Source: a virus. Taken from it: a stretch of 64,000 bases of DNA. This document shows, piece by piece, positions 48,516 to 58,826 of this stretch. Both the position numbers and the translations under genes were made by a program. The stretch is from IMG/VR virus record IMGVR_UViG_3300020442_002247, positions 5,454 through 69,453 of that record; one strand, 5' to 3'. The notes under the pieces are model-generated. The model saw only the letters and a list, made by a program, of their open reading frames with translations. It had not been told where the DNA came from and made no database searches. Numbering within the stretch: the stretch's first letter is position 1; the number at the start of each line of letters is the position of its first letter.

Positions 48516-49979
48516 TTAGAATTTTATACGCCAGGTTCCTTGTGGATACTCACCTTCAAATGCAAGTAGCCATTCACCTTTTTCAAATTTGTATTGTATT
48601 CCTGTATTTAGATTTGTGGTATAGACTGTAGTATTAGCATTACTGCTAGAATCAAATACTATATGCCATTTAGACCCATCCCATTCTACTATGTCATTAG
48701 CTCCTGCAATAAAGTCTGTACCGTCTGCATTTTTCCATGCATCAGCACCGTCAGTGTTAATAGCATCACCAATAGATTCGTCAAGTAACAGTATTCGTGT
48801 ACCTGTGGTTTTTAAAGATAATGGATTTGTTTTAGAAGGATCAATTATGAAATTTATCTTTGTATTGTCTCCTGTAGGTCCAGTTATAACTGTGTCTGTT
48901 GGTAATGTATCTGGATCCCAATTAACTGTAAGCATGTATTCGTTAAGAGGATTAATTGTAACAGTACCACTTATTTCATTAGTCAAATCAGAGCGTTTCA
49001 ATCTTAGCTCTGTTATTCCTGATTGATATGTTTCCGTAAATGCCTCCATCCAACCTGGCCATGCAATTTTTCCTTCCACACCATTTTCTACTAATTGTGC
49101 TGTATTGTTTAATACTAATAAATCGTAATTTTTATATGTTGTGGTTTGTAAACTAGTGGTTTGAGATTTTTCTTTATTTTGAACAAATTCATTTACAACA
49201 TTTCCATTTTCATCTATAGACACCTTTGCTTTTGTAGTTGCTTCAGGTCGAGCAGTATCTGCAAATGCTAATTGTTCTGGCATAGATAAATGTAAATTAA
49301 TTGTTCCTTTAGATTCGTCAAATATACTTGTAACGATATTAGTAACAACGCCAAGTTTTTTAACTTTTGTAGGTGGTGAAATATAAATTGGTGAACTAAA
49401 ACCTAATGTAGCTACATCTATTTCACTTTCTGTCCCCATTGGAATACTTCTACTGCTAAAATTTACAGTTTCTAAATTTAAAACAGACAAACTGGTCCAA
49501 TCAACATAGTTGTCTGTAGTCTGTATTTCTAAACTAGGATTGAACAGCATCATGATTTGTTCCATGATCTGTAATTTTTGATCTGTATTTGTTGACCAAA
49601 CATCCACGTTCACTGTTAAATTATAAGGAGTGGGCATGAGTCTTTCAACAGTATAATTTTTACCTTGAGTGTTTAAGTATTCTTTTCCTGTTTCATCATA
49701 CGCTCTTTCTCTTAAATTTAATTTATTAACATAACTACTGTCTGCTAATCTATTACGATCTAATTCCAAGCCAGTAATGTATACAGCCATCCTTGGTGCA
49801 GAAGGAATAGCATTTTCACTGTTTTTGTTTATAATAGAAGCTACCTGCCTAGTCATATCACCATACATAACAGGTACTTCTACAAGTTTTGCTTGATTAT
49901 CTTTATAAGAAAAATTACTAAACAACCTTACAATTTGTGTAATATATCTTCGTATTTGTCCATCATAAAAGTGTTGCAT
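48516..49979 (-). CDS. gp15: Tail terminator / sheath stabiliser (T4 gp15-like) with a C-terminal extension
   Basis: MQHFYD.QIRRY..Q...LFS, VPV.YG, PRM, MP.PY.L......DQ.LQI.EQI...FNP. Confidence 0.82.
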   Translation of the reverse strand: MQHFYDGQIRRYITQIVRLFSNFSYKDNQAKLVEVPVMYGDMTRQVASIINKNSENAIPSAPRMAVYITGLELDRNRLADSSYVNKLNLRERAYDETGKEYLNTQGKNYTVERLMPTPYNLTVNVDVWSTNTDQKLQIMEQIMMLFNPSLEIQTTDNYVDWTSLSVLNLETVNFSSRSIPMGTESEIDVATLGFSSPIYISPPTKVKKLGVVTNIVTSIFDESKGTINLHLSMPEQLAFADTARPEATTKAKVSIDENGNVVNEFVQNKEKSQTTSLQTTTYKNYDLLVLNNTAQLVENGVEGKIAWPGWMEAFTETYQSGITELRLKRSDLTNEISGTVTINPLNEYMLTVNWDPDTLPTDTVITGPTGDNTKINFIIDPSKTNPLSLKTTGTRILLLDESIGDAINTDGADAWKNADGTDFIAGANDIVEWDGSKWHIVFDSSSNANTTVYTTNLNTGIQYKFEKGEWLLAFEGEYPQGTWRIKF

Positions 49980-49981
49980 GT

Positions 49982-51145
49982 TTAGTTATCCGTCTTAGGT
50001 CTTAGAGCTTTGCTCAAACTTTGTCTTTCTTGTACTGATTCATCTGCTATTGTATTTGTTTTTACATTATTAATGAAACTAGTTTTTTGTGTATTACGTG
50101 TATCGGTATTAGTCATTGTCATTCTGACTTTATCTTCCATCTTGACCCATCTACGGCCATCATATCTAAATAATCTATTAGGTAACATATCTGTCCTCAA
50201 AAAATAATCGCCTTCTACTTGTCCTGTTGGAAAACTTATACCATGTCCAAATGCTTCACCGTTTGGTGCAATACCATCTCCTAATAGATATCCGTCGTAT
50301 CCTTTACGTTTAGGAGTTTGTGTAACTCTATCTGCAAGTTCATTTGCAGTACTAGCATCTAATTCACTAGTATCAGTTGTTACAATATCTATAGTGCCAT
50401 CTTCTTTAGTTGCAACAGTGTATAAATGACTTGTTTCATATCCACTTTGTTTGGTGTCTGCTTCGGCTTGTTTTACAACAGCATCATTAATTTCTTTTTG
50501 TTTGTTGTAATTACTCATTAAATCTCTAAGAGTATCACCACCTGGATTTTCTTCTTCAGCAGGTTTATCTAAAATATCTTTAAATTCCTGGCTATCTACT
50601 ATTTGCTTTAGTTTTAATCTATAAAGATGTGGATACCAAGTAGGACTATAACCTTCCGAAGCACGACTGACTTCTTCAACAACATAATATCTTTTCATAG
50701 AAGTTGTAAAATCGCCTAATGCGTATTCATCTCTTAAGTGTGGGAGTTCAATTACGTCTCCACTAATAAATTTTCTACCCAGAGTTTTCACTGAGTTATT
50801 AATATGTACAGTCATAAAAAGTGTATCATTAGCTAAGAATAATCCAAACTGCGATAAATTAAAATCAATATCTTGCACATTATATACACCTCTTATAGTG
50901 TATATGTCTTGATCGTACTTTCTATCCCTGTTTTCTAAAAATAGTAAATCCTGTATATTTGTTTCTTGAAATACATCATATTGAGGTTGATCAGCAGTTG
51001 CGTCTGCTGATGCTACTTGTTTAGGACCTAAATATTTGTGTACATGAACGTCTGTTCCGCCCACAGTAAACATTTCATAGATACGGTCATCTATAAATTG
51101 ATAATCTCGGCCCTTTTCTGGTTTGTATAAAGATAGTCTTGGCAT
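49982..51145 (-). CDS. gp14: Neck protein (T4 gp14-like) with a C-terminal extension
   Basis: DLLF.E...Y....LSQFG...GDVIELPH, located between gp13 and gp15. Start MPRLSL. Confidence 0.72.
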   Translation of the reverse strand: MPRLSLYKPEKGRDYQFIDDRIYEMFTVGGTDVHVHKYLGPKQVASADATADQPQYDVFQETNIQDLLFLENRDRKYDQDIYTIRGVYNVQDIDFNLSQFGLFLANDTLFMTVHINNSVKTLGRKFISGDVIELPHLRDEYALGDFTTSMKRYYVVEEVSRASEGYSPTWYPHLYRLKLKQIVDSQEFKDILDKPAEEENPGGDTLRDLMSNYNKQKEINDAVVKQAEADTKQSGYETSHLYTVATKEDGTIDIVTTDTSELDASTANELADRVTQTPKRKGYDGYLLGDGIAPNGEAFGHGISFPTGQVEGDYFLRTDMLPNRLFRYDGRRWVKMEDKVRMTMTNTDTRNTQKTSFINNVKTNTIADESVQERQSLSKALRPKTDN

Positions 51146-51150
51146 ATACA

Positions 51151-51170
51151 TATTTATCGAACGATAAATA
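51151..51170. promoter_or_regulatory. Back-to-back divergent late promoters (palindrome)
   Basis: TATTTATCG-AA-CGATAAATA gives CGATAAATA on both strands, facing gp14 (-) and gp13 (+). Confidence 0.78.
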
Positions 51171-51187
51171 CTATGGAGAAATAGTTT

Positions 51188-51946
51188 ATGGCAACATTAT
51201 CAACAAAGAAGCAAGAGATATTCGATTATGTCAATAATATGCTGGGCGGCGGCATGGTTGATGTTGAATTAGATCCAGCTCACTACGAAACTGCAATTAC
51301 CAAAGCATTAACTAGATTTAGACAAAGGTCAGATAACTCTGTTGAAGAAGCATATTTCTTTATGCCAACTGTAATTGATCAAAACGAATATACTTTGCCA
51401 AATGAGATAATAGAAGTTAGACAAATTTTTAGAAGAAGCATAGGATCAAGATCAGGCGGTGGAGATGGTGGTACTTTATTTGAACCTTTCAATTTAGCAT
51501 ATACAAATACCTACTTGTTAGCTAGTTCTAACATGGGTGGTTTAGCAACTTATAATATGTTTTCGCAGTATCAAGAACTTGTAGGAAGAATGTTTGGTTC
51601 TTTCATTGAATTTAAATGGAATACAGCAACAAAAAAATTAACTATTTTACAAAGATCAAGAACAGAAGAAACATTACTACTAATGTGCTACAACTATCGT
51701 CCAGACGATCAGCTATTAGATGACTACCTAGCAAAACAATGGATAAAAGATTATACACTAGCTACATGCAAATACATGCTAGGTGAAGCAAGAAGTAAAT
51801 TTGCTACTATTGCAGGTCCACAAGGTGGTGGACAACTCAATGGTGACACTCTTAAAAATGAAGCGGCCGCTGAGATTGAAAAATTAGAACAAGAAGTAAG
51901 CACAGCTATTCCTGGTGGTATGGGATACGGCTTTACAATTGGCTAA
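51188..51946 (+). CDS. gp13: Neck protein (T4 gp13-like)
   Basis: LG...VDVEL...HY..AI..AL, W.KDY.LA..K..LG....KF....GP.GG.QLNG and a C-terminal F.IG. Confidence 0.85.
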   Translation: MATLSTKKQEIFDYVNNMLGGGMVDVELDPAHYETAITKALTRFRQRSDNSVEEAYFFMPTVIDQNEYTLPNEIIEVRQIFRRSIGSRSGGGDGGTLFEPFNLAYTNTYLLASSNMGGLATYNMFSQYQELVGRMFGSFIEFKWNTATKKLTILQRSRTEETLLLMCYNYRPDDQLLDDYLAKQWIKDYTLATCKYMLGEARSKFATIAGPQGGGQLNGDTLKNEAAAEIEKLEQEVSTAIPGGMGYGFTIG

Positions 51947-52583
51947 AACTAAAAAATTTTTAAAATGTAAATATGCCAGTGAAGTACCTGGCTGGACATC
52001 AACATTACAACACTCACAGTATATAAAATTAATAGAACAATTACCTGATAAACCAAAAATTTTAGAAATAGGTTGTGGTTATGGTAGGAGTACATGGGCT
52101 TGGTTAGATGTAATACCAAAAAATACAGATTATTATATTTTAGATAATTTTAATTTAGATTTTAATGATAATTTTAAAACTGGATATACAGCATGGCGTC
52201 AATTTACCACACCAAAGCAAAATAGGAAATTTACACAAAGAGTACGAGATAATAAATTTACGCAAAGAGAAATATTTGATAGAATAATTACTCGACATGC
52301 AAAATATAATAATATTAAAGAAATATGGCATATGTCAGGCGATACTTGGGTAGAAAGTGAATTTTTTGACAAAGAATGGGATTTAGTGTACTTAGATGAT
52401 GATCACAGCTACAGTGCAGTGAAAAAATGGTTAGAAATATTCTCTAATGTGCCTATAGTTTGCGGCGATGACTATAATACTACTTGGCAAGGTGTGGTAT
52501 CAGCTGTAGATGAATATACATATAAAACAAATTGTAGTTTACAAATTATGCCTCATAATTTTTTTGTAATAAAAAATACTTGA
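51915..52583 (+). CDS. Class I SAM-dependent methyltransferase (Methyltransf_24-like)
   Basis: ILEIGCGYGRST, DLVYLDDDHSY, CGDDY...GV..AV.E. The true start may be TTG 51939. Confidence 0.82.
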   Translation: MVWDTALQLAKTKKFLKCKYASEVPGWTSTLQHSQYIKLIEQLPDKPKILEIGCGYGRSTWAWLDVIPKNTDYYILDNFNLDFNDNFKTGYTAWRQFTTPKQNRKFTQRVRDNKFTQREIFDRIITRHAKYNNIKEIWHMSGDTWVESEFFDKEWDLVYLDDDHSYSAVKKWLEIFSNVPIVCGDDYNTTWQGVVSAVDEYTYKTNCSLQIMPHNFFVIKNT

Positions 52584-52608
52584 CATTTTAGGAATAATCT
52601 CTTATACT
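52580..52608 (+). promoter_or_regulatory. Sigma70-type early promoter
   Basis: TTGACA-17 bp-TATACT upstream of the dNMP kinase. Confidence 0.85.
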
Positions 52609-52630
52609 AATTACAGTATAAGGATTCATT

Positions 52631-53224
52631 ATGATTATTGGTATTTGTGGACTCATTGGAAGTGGCAAAGGTAGTGTCGCTGATATTCTTGTAGAAGAAC
52701 ACAATTTTAAAAAAATAAGTTTTGCAGACAAATTAAAAGATGGAGTTGCATCTGTGTTTAATTGGGATAGACAGATGTTAGAAGGAGATACTAATGACTC
52801 GAGAAAATGGCGAGAAGAAAAAGACGATTTTTGGTCAAAAGAAACTGGTGAAACAATTACACCGCGCCTTGTCCTTCAATTATTTGGTACTGATTGTATG
52901 CGTAGTGGTTTTTTTGATGGTATCTGGGTAAGCCTTGTAAAAAAACATCTGTTAGAAAATCCTGATGCGAATTATGTAATACCAGATGTGAGATTTGAAA
53001 ACGAAGCTAAAATGATACATGCATTAAATGGACACGTTTGGCAGGTTCGTAGAGGACCAGATCCTTTATGGTTTAGACTATATAAAGACTTAGGACAAGT
53101 TCCCGAAGATGTTCATAAGTCGGAATGGGCTTGGGCAAATATACAAATGAGTGCAATATTAGCTAATGACGGCTCATTGGAAGACCTTAAAAGTCTGGTA
53201 AAAGATCTCCTTGTTTCCATTTAA
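52631..53224 (+). CDS. gp1: Deoxynucleoside monophosphate kinase (T4 gp1-like)
   Basis: MIIGICG.IGSGK P-loop, SFAD.LK, TPR.VLQ.FGT, DVRF.NE and H.SE. Confidence 0.92.
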   Translation: MIIGICGLIGSGKGSVADILVEEHNFKKISFADKLKDGVASVFNWDRQMLEGDTNDSRKWREEKDDFWSKETGETITPRLVLQLFGTDCMRSGFFDGIWVSLVKKHLLENPDANYVIPDVRFENEAKMIHALNGHVWQVRRGPDPLWFRLYKDLGQVPEDVHKSEWAWANIQMSAILANDGSLEDLKSLVKDLLVSI

Positions 53225-53522
53225 CTCCTTCTTTTTGTAATACTCTTTGGCAGTTTGCACAGATTGTTTTTAAGTTTCTATATGATGTGTTACGTAAAGA
53301 ACCGTCTATATGATACACATTAAACTGCTCTAAATGTTTGCTTTTAAAACCGCATTTTTCACAGAGAGGTTTTTTATCATATCCTGCTTGTTCCCACAGG
53401 GGTATGCCGTGACCAATACCGTTCCTTAAACACTGTTCACATTTTTTTCTATAAAATGTTTTTCCGTTTTTCTTATAATTAACTGCGGCAGGTCTTTTAC
53501 CACATACACATAAAGGTCTCAT
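53187..53522 (-). CDS. Zn-finger / HNH-like protein
   Basis: CxC...CxxC and CxxC...H.DG...N....NL.T.CANC. Late motif GCTAAATA lies 4 nt upstream on the minus strand. Confidence 0.75.
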   Translation of the reverse strand: MRPLCVCGKRPAAVNYKKNGKTFYRKKCEQCLRNGIGHGIPLWEQAGYDKKPLCEKCGFKSKHLEQFNVYHIDGSLRNTSYRNLKTICANCQRVLQKEGVKWKQGDLLPDF

Positions 53523-53634
53523 GTTGTATTTAGCTCACCTTTTCAACCCCTTTTTGATATGTTTTATTACATATTTTTCCATTCAATTTGCTAAATACAT
53601 GTAGAATGTACATATCCACGATAGGAGAAATAAA

Positions 53635-56600
53635 ATGGCAGGATTAGTATCACCAGGCGTACAGGTTAGCGTTGTTGATGAAAGTTTTTACACACCAGCT
53701 GAACCAGGTACCCTTCCAATGTTATTCGTCGCAACTGCGGCAAACAAACAAAACGGTTCCGGCACAGGTATTGCACCGGGTACCCAAACAGCAAATGCAG
53801 GTAAACCTTACCTATTAACTTCGCAAAGAGATCTAGTAGATACTTTTGGCGATCCAGTTTTCAAAACAGACACAACCAACAATCCAATTCACGGTAGTGA
53901 ACTTAACGAATATGGATTACAAGCGGCTTACTCATACTTGGGTATTGCTAACAGAGCTTATGTTGTAAGAGCAGATCTAGACGTAGGACAATTAGAAGCA
54001 AGTGCAACAGCACCCGCGGCAAATCCAACAGATGGAACATATTGGTTTGACACTAAGAATACACTATGGGGTATTCAAGAGTGGAATGGTGCTTCAGTAT
54101 TAAGCGGCGGACAAAACTTTACTAATAAAGTTCCGATTGTAATTACAGATGAAACACAAACAAGCAATACAGGGTCATTAAGCACAAACGGATACACCGG
54201 CGTTATACCTGCCAGTACAGTCGGCGCCGTTGGTGATTATGCTGTAGTTGCAACTTCAACTTTAAATAGAATATACTACAGAAACACTTCAGGTACTTGG
54301 GTACTTGTAGGAAGTGATGCATGGACTAAGAGTTGGGCAACTGTAAAAGGTTCAACTTCTAATCCTTCATTTGCAGGCACTGCAAATATTACTATTAATG
54401 AAACTGCGGTTGCAGTTAATACTTCAGATACTGTAACAAATGTTGCAAGTACAATTAATGGACTTAGTATTCCTGGAGTTACAGCGGCGGCGGTAGATGG
54501 TAGATTAGAAATCTACAGTGATGGTAATTCATTATCTGAAGATTCAACGCTAAGTGGTGAAATAATTATTGCAGGTGATTCGACTAGGTTAACAGAGCTA
54601 GGAATTACAGCAGGAACTTATTATCCACCTATTTGTCAAATTTCAAAACACACAAGTATTCCAGAATGGAAAACAGGAGATACTTACACAAGACCTACAG
54701 GTAGTGTTTGGATGAAAACAACTACTCCTAACTTGGGTGCAAAATACGTTGTTAAGAAATGGAATGACAGCACAGCATTATGGGAAACTTCAAATCCAAG
54801 CATATATGCATCTAATAACGAAGCTATCTTTAACATGGACAAAACAGGCGGCGGAGCAAACATGCTCACTGGCGATTTGTATGTATTAAGTAATGTAGCT
54901 GGAGATGTTAGACCATTAGCTACTTTTAAATTATATCGTAGAAATGGAATTGCACCTACAACAATTACAGGTGCAAAAATTATTGCTGGAAGTATTAGCA
55001 GTGGAACAGCTTCATTTACAGTACAAAGTACTGATAATTCACAACTTGCTTTTAATGCGGCTGTTACTGTTTCAGGTACATATACTGGAGCGGCTTCAGA
55101 TGCAAATGTTTTAGCAGGCGCTATAAATGATGCAAATATTGAAAATGTAACTGCAACTGTAAATGCTCAAAACAAAGTTGTAATATCACATGCTTTAGGC
55201 GGAGAAATTAAATTTGTAGATACAAATAGTGTTCTTACAGAAGCTGGGTTTACACCATTTGTAGATGCAAACACAGGCACTCCAAACTTATCTTATGTAC
55301 AAGGTACAGACAGTGGAACAAGTCCTTTACAATTACAAGCTAGCCTTTGGAAAGTTCTTTCTTATACTGCTAGTGATAGTGAAGTTACAGCAACAACAGC
55401 AGAAGGTACTTTATGGTACAATTCAACTGTTGATGAAGTAGACATCCTTGTACACAATGGAAGTGAATTTGTAGGTTATCTATATGACGGATCAAGCGGA
55501 CAAGCCGCAACAGCAAGTCCTTACTATAATGTAGATGCTACAAAAGAAACAGATCCTGCAGGACCTATTGTAGGTGCAACAGCACCAACAACACAGAGTG
55601 ATGGTACTGCATTGGTAACAGGTGATCTTTGGATTGATACTTCAGACTTAGAAAACTATCCAAAACTTTACAAACATAATGCAGACAGAACTGATTTACC
55701 AGTTGCAAACAGATGGTTTGCTGTTGATACAACAGACCAAACAACTGAAAATGGTATTCTGTTTGCTGATGCAAGATACAACACACAAGGAGCTAACTCA
55801 AATACAGCTGGAGATATTGATGACTTGTTAGCAAGTGATTACATGGATCCAGACGCTCCAGATCCTGCATTATATCCAAAAGGCATGTTGTTATGGAATA
55901 CTAGAAGAAGTGGTTTCAATGTTAAAAAATACAGAAGAAACTACATTAACACAGCAACTGATAATACAAGATACAACGATCAATCAATGGCAAGTTATTT
56001 TGCAAATCGTTGGGTAACAGAATCAGCTAATCAACCAGATGGTTCTGGTAGCTTTGGTAGAAAAGCTCAGCGTAAAGTTGTTGTACAAGCACTTCAAGCA
56101 CTAGTTAACAGTAATGAAGATATTAGAGATGACGAGTCAAGAATCTTTAACATGATGGCATGTCCTGGTTATCCAGAACTAATTGGCGAAATGAAATCAC
56201 TTAACTTCGATAGAGGCTTAACAGCATTTATAGTTGGAGATTCACCGTTTAGATTAAAAGCCAATGCAACTGACATTAACAATTGGGCAACTAATGTTAA
56301 CAATGCAGTGGAAGATAATGATAACGGTTTGGTTACAGCAGATCCATACTTGGCAGTATTTTATCCAAGTGGATTTACAAGTGATAACTTTGGTAAAAAC
56401 GTTGTTGTACCACCAAGCCATATGATGCTTAGAACTATTGCACTTAGTGATCAAGTTTCTTTTCCATGGTTTGCACCAGCAGGCACAAGAAGAGGCGGTA
56501 TATCAAATGCAAGTTCAACAGGATTTATTGATGCAGAAGGCGAATTTAAATCAGTAGCATTGAACGAAGGTTTGAGAGATACTTTATATGCAAATAATGT

Positions 56601-56997
56601 AAATCCAATTACGTTTATTACAGGTGCTGGTTTAGTAAACTTTGGTCAAAAAACAAGACAACTTACAGCAAGTGCTCTTGATAGAATCAATGTATCTAGA
56701 TTGGTAATATATCTACGTAGCCAACTTAATGTTCTTGCAAAACCTTACTTGTTTGAACCAAATGATAAAATTACAAGAGATGAAATAAAACAAGCGGCTG
56801 AAAGTTTATTATTAGAACTTGTAGGTCAAAGAGCACTTTATGATTTCTTAGTAGTTTGTGATGAATCAAACAATACACCTGCAAGAATTGATAGAAACGA
56901 GCTTTACTTAGATATTGCTGTTGAACCTGTTAAGGCAGTTGAGTTTATTTACATTCCACTTAGACTTAAAAATACTGGAGAAATAGCAGGATTGTAA
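53635..56997 (+). CDS. gp18: Tail sheath protein (T4 gp18-like), large
   Basis: LVSPGV.V..VDES, PWFAPAG..RG, RD.LY...VNPI, FGQKT...SALDRINV.RL, FEPND..TR, CDESNNTP..IDRNEL..DI...P.K.VEFI. Late motif CTAAATA at 53591. Confidence 0.96.
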   Translation: MAGLVSPGVQVSVVDESFYTPAEPGTLPMLFVATAANKQNGSGTGIAPGTQTANAGKPYLLTSQRDLVDTFGDPVFKTDTTNNPIHGSELNEYGLQAAYSYLGIANRAYVVRADLDVGQLEASATAPAANPTDGTYWFDTKNTLWGIQEWNGASVLSGGQNFTNKVPIVITDETQTSNTGSLSTNGYTGVIPASTVGAVGDYAVVATSTLNRIYYRNTSGTWVLVGSDAWTKSWATVKGSTSNPSFAGTANITINETAVAVNTSDTVTNVASTINGLSIPGVTAAAVDGRLEIYSDGNSLSEDSTLSGEIIIAGDSTRLTELGITAGTYYPPICQISKHTSIPEWKTGDTYTRPTGSVWMKTTTPNLGAKYVVKKWNDSTALWETSNPSIYASNNEAIFNMDKTGGGANMLTGDLYVLSNVAGDVRPLATFKLYRRNGIAPTTITGAKIIAGSISSGTASFTVQSTDNSQLAFNAAVTVSGTYTGAASDANVLAGAINDANIENVTATVNAQNKVVISHALGGEIKFVDTNSVLTEAGFTPFVDANTGTPNLSYVQGTDSGTSPLQLQASLWKVLSYTASDSEVTATTAEGTLWYNSTVDEVDILVHNGSEFVGYLYDGSSGQAATASPYYNVDATKETDPAGPIVGATAPTTQSDGTALVTGDLWIDTSDLENYPKLYKHNADRTDLPVANRWFAVDTTDQTTENGILFADARYNTQGANSNTAGDIDDLLASDYMDPDAPDPALYPKGMLLWNTRRSGFNVKKYRRNYINTATDNTRYNDQSMASYFANRWVTESANQPDGSGSFGRKAQRKVVVQALQALVNSNEDIRDDESRIFNMMACPGYPELIGEMKSLNFDRGLTAFIVGDSPFRLKANATDINNWATNVNNAVEDNDNGLVTADPYLAVFYPSGFTSDNFGKNVVVPPSHMMLRTIALSDQVSFPWFAPAGTRRGGISNASSTGFIDAEGEFKSVALNEGLRDTLYANNVNPITFITGAGLVNFGQKTRQLTASALDRINVSRLVIYLRSQLNVLAKPYLFEPNDKITRDEIKQAAESLLLELVGQRALYDFLVVCDESNNTPARIDRNELYLDIAVEPVKAVEFIYIPLRLKNTGEIAGL

Positions 56998-57031
56998 TTA
57001 TGATAAATAATAGTAGATTAGGAGCAATATA

Positions 57032-57658
57032 ATGGCGATATCAACACTATCAAAAATGACAGTGCCTTTGGCAAGCGGAGATTCTGCTAGTAACCAAGGC
57101 TTGTTAATGCCTAAACTTCAGTATAGGTTTAGGGTGTCTTTAGAAAATTTTGGTGTATCAACACCAACAACAGAACTTACAAAACAAGTTATAGATGTAA
57201 CTCGTCCTAATGTTAGTTTTGATCAAATGACTATTGACATTTATAATTCACGTGTATATTTGGCTGGTAAACATACTTGGGAACCAATTACAATTAATTT
57301 ACGTGAAGATGTTAATAACAATGTACAAAAACTTACAGGCGAACAATTACAGAAACAATTTGACTTTTATGAGCAATCAAGTGCGGCTTCCGGACAGGAT
57401 TACAAATTTACAACTAGAATGGAAATTCTAGACGGTGGTAACGGAGTTAACACTCCAACTGTATTAGAAACATTTGAGTTGTATGGTTGCTACTTAGAAA
57501 GTGCAAATTATAATACTTTAGCATATGCAACATCAGAACCAGTTACAGTAACATTAGCTGTTAGATATGACAATGCTGTACAATCACCACAAGGTACAGG
57601 AATTGGTACTGCAATAGGCAGAACAGTGAACACGCTAGTAACAGGCGGTGGCGCTTAA
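57032..57658 (+). CDS. gp19: Tail tube protein (T4 gp19-like)
   Basis: Follows the sheath. PKL.YRFRV...RP.V......AGK..WEPIT...L.GC........Y. Late promoter GATAAATA at 57002. Confidence 0.88.
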   Translation: MAISTLSKMTVPLASGDSASNQGLLMPKLQYRFRVSLENFGVSTPTTELTKQVIDVTRPNVSFDQMTIDIYNSRVYLAGKHTWEPITINLREDVNNNVQKLTGEQLQKQFDFYEQSSAASGQDYKFTTRMEILDGGNGVNTPTVLETFELYGCYLESANYNTLAYATSEPVTVTLAVRYDNAVQSPQGTGIGTAIGRTVNTLVTGGGA

Positions 57659-57687
57659 TACTAACACTAAATCCTAATCTATTTCAT

Positions 57688-57720
57688 ATAGGGGTATTAT
57701 TGCAATACCCCTATTCTTTT
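57688..57720 (+). terminator. Rho-independent terminator after the tail tube gene
   Basis: ATAGGGGTATT-ATTGC-AATACCCCTAT then TCTTTT. Confidence 0.85.
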
Positions 57721-57770
57721 ATATACCCACTTAATAACAATCGATAAATACTATACAGGAGCAAAAAGTA

Positions 57771-58823
57771 ATGGCAAGTTTTAACGGTTTTTTAGATAAT
57801 TTAGGAGACGGCTTATTCAATCCTAAAGGCAATTTAGGAGATGCTAGACATGCATCTAGAACTTTTGTTGAAGATAGTTTTAGACTTGCACCTAAAGTAA
57901 AATTTCTTTATCACGTAGCGTTTACATTTAGCCCTTCAGCGTTAAAAGCTATACCTACATTTGAAAACAGACATAAGTTAGAAGCAGGATTACTAGTAAA
58001 AGCCGCAGATTTACCAAAGTACTCAGCTGTAATAGATAGTAGAAAAAGCTATAATAGAATAAAAAATATTCAAACAAGTATTCAATATGATCCTGTAAAC
58101 ATTACTTTTCACGATGACAACTTAGGTATAAGCACAGCTTTATTAGAAGCCTATTATAGATATTACTATGCTGATGGTAATTATGGTGTATACCCTGTTG
58201 CATATAATAAGGTAGCAAATAGTACAAATTCGCAACCTGGTGATAATACATATTTAGGATCAGGCTACAATGGTTACCGTTATGGTTTAGACAACAACAG
58301 TTCAGAGCCATTTTTTACAAATATACAACTTAGTCAAATGACTAGAAAAACTTATACCACATACACATTAGTCAATCCAATTATAGAAAATTGGGGGCAT
58401 GATTCTGTTGATGCTTCAGACGGCGGAGGTACAATGCAAAATCAAATGACTGTAAGATACGAAGCTGTATGGTATGATAGAGGACCGGTAGAAGCTGGAG
58501 CAGATGGAAATCCAAAAGGTTTTGGATCAGTAGAACATTATGATAAAACACCTAGCCCAATTACATTAGCAGGCGGAGGTAATTTAGGACTTGGAGGTAT
58601 CTTAGGTGTTGGTGTTGATTTATTTGATTATGCACGTACAGGTAAAGGATTTAGTAGTCCTTTAGCGGCAGGATTAGCGGCGGCACAGTTAATAGGAAAT
58701 GTTAGAGGACTTAGTTCAGAGGGTGTAAGAAGTGAGGGATTTAGTGTATTGAAAAAAGGAATAGGAAGTATAGGCGGAGTTGACGTAAGCGGTGTTGCTA
58801 ATACTATATTCCCGAAAGGATAA
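57771..58823 (+). CDS. Tube-like baseplate/tube initiator protein (gp48/gp54-like)
   Basis: Tube-fold motifs LVK..DLP.Y......YN.......I.YDPV.ITFHDD and L.NP.I......D......M...YE. Late promoter at 57743. Confidence 0.65.
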   Translation: MASFNGFLDNLGDGLFNPKGNLGDARHASRTFVEDSFRLAPKVKFLYHVAFTFSPSALKAIPTFENRHKLEAGLLVKAADLPKYSAVIDSRKSYNRIKNIQTSIQYDPVNITFHDDNLGISTALLEAYYRYYYADGNYGVYPVAYNKVANSTNSQPGDNTYLGSGYNGYRYGLDNNSSEPFFTNIQLSQMTRKTYTTYTLVNPIIENWGHDSVDASDGGGTMQNQMTVRYEAVWYDRGPVEAGADGNPKGFGSVEHYDKTPSPITLAGGGNLGLGGILGVGVDLFDYARTGKGFSSPLAAGLAAAQLIGNVRGLSSEGVRSEGFSVLKKGIGSIGGVDVSGVANTIFPKG

Positions 58824-58826
58824 TCA

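Noticed and set aside
53635-56997. Intein or intron explaining the long tail sheath gene
   Set aside because: No C/S...HN-C/S/T splice motifs or LAGLIDADG blocks seen; the insert looks like beta-rich surface domains.
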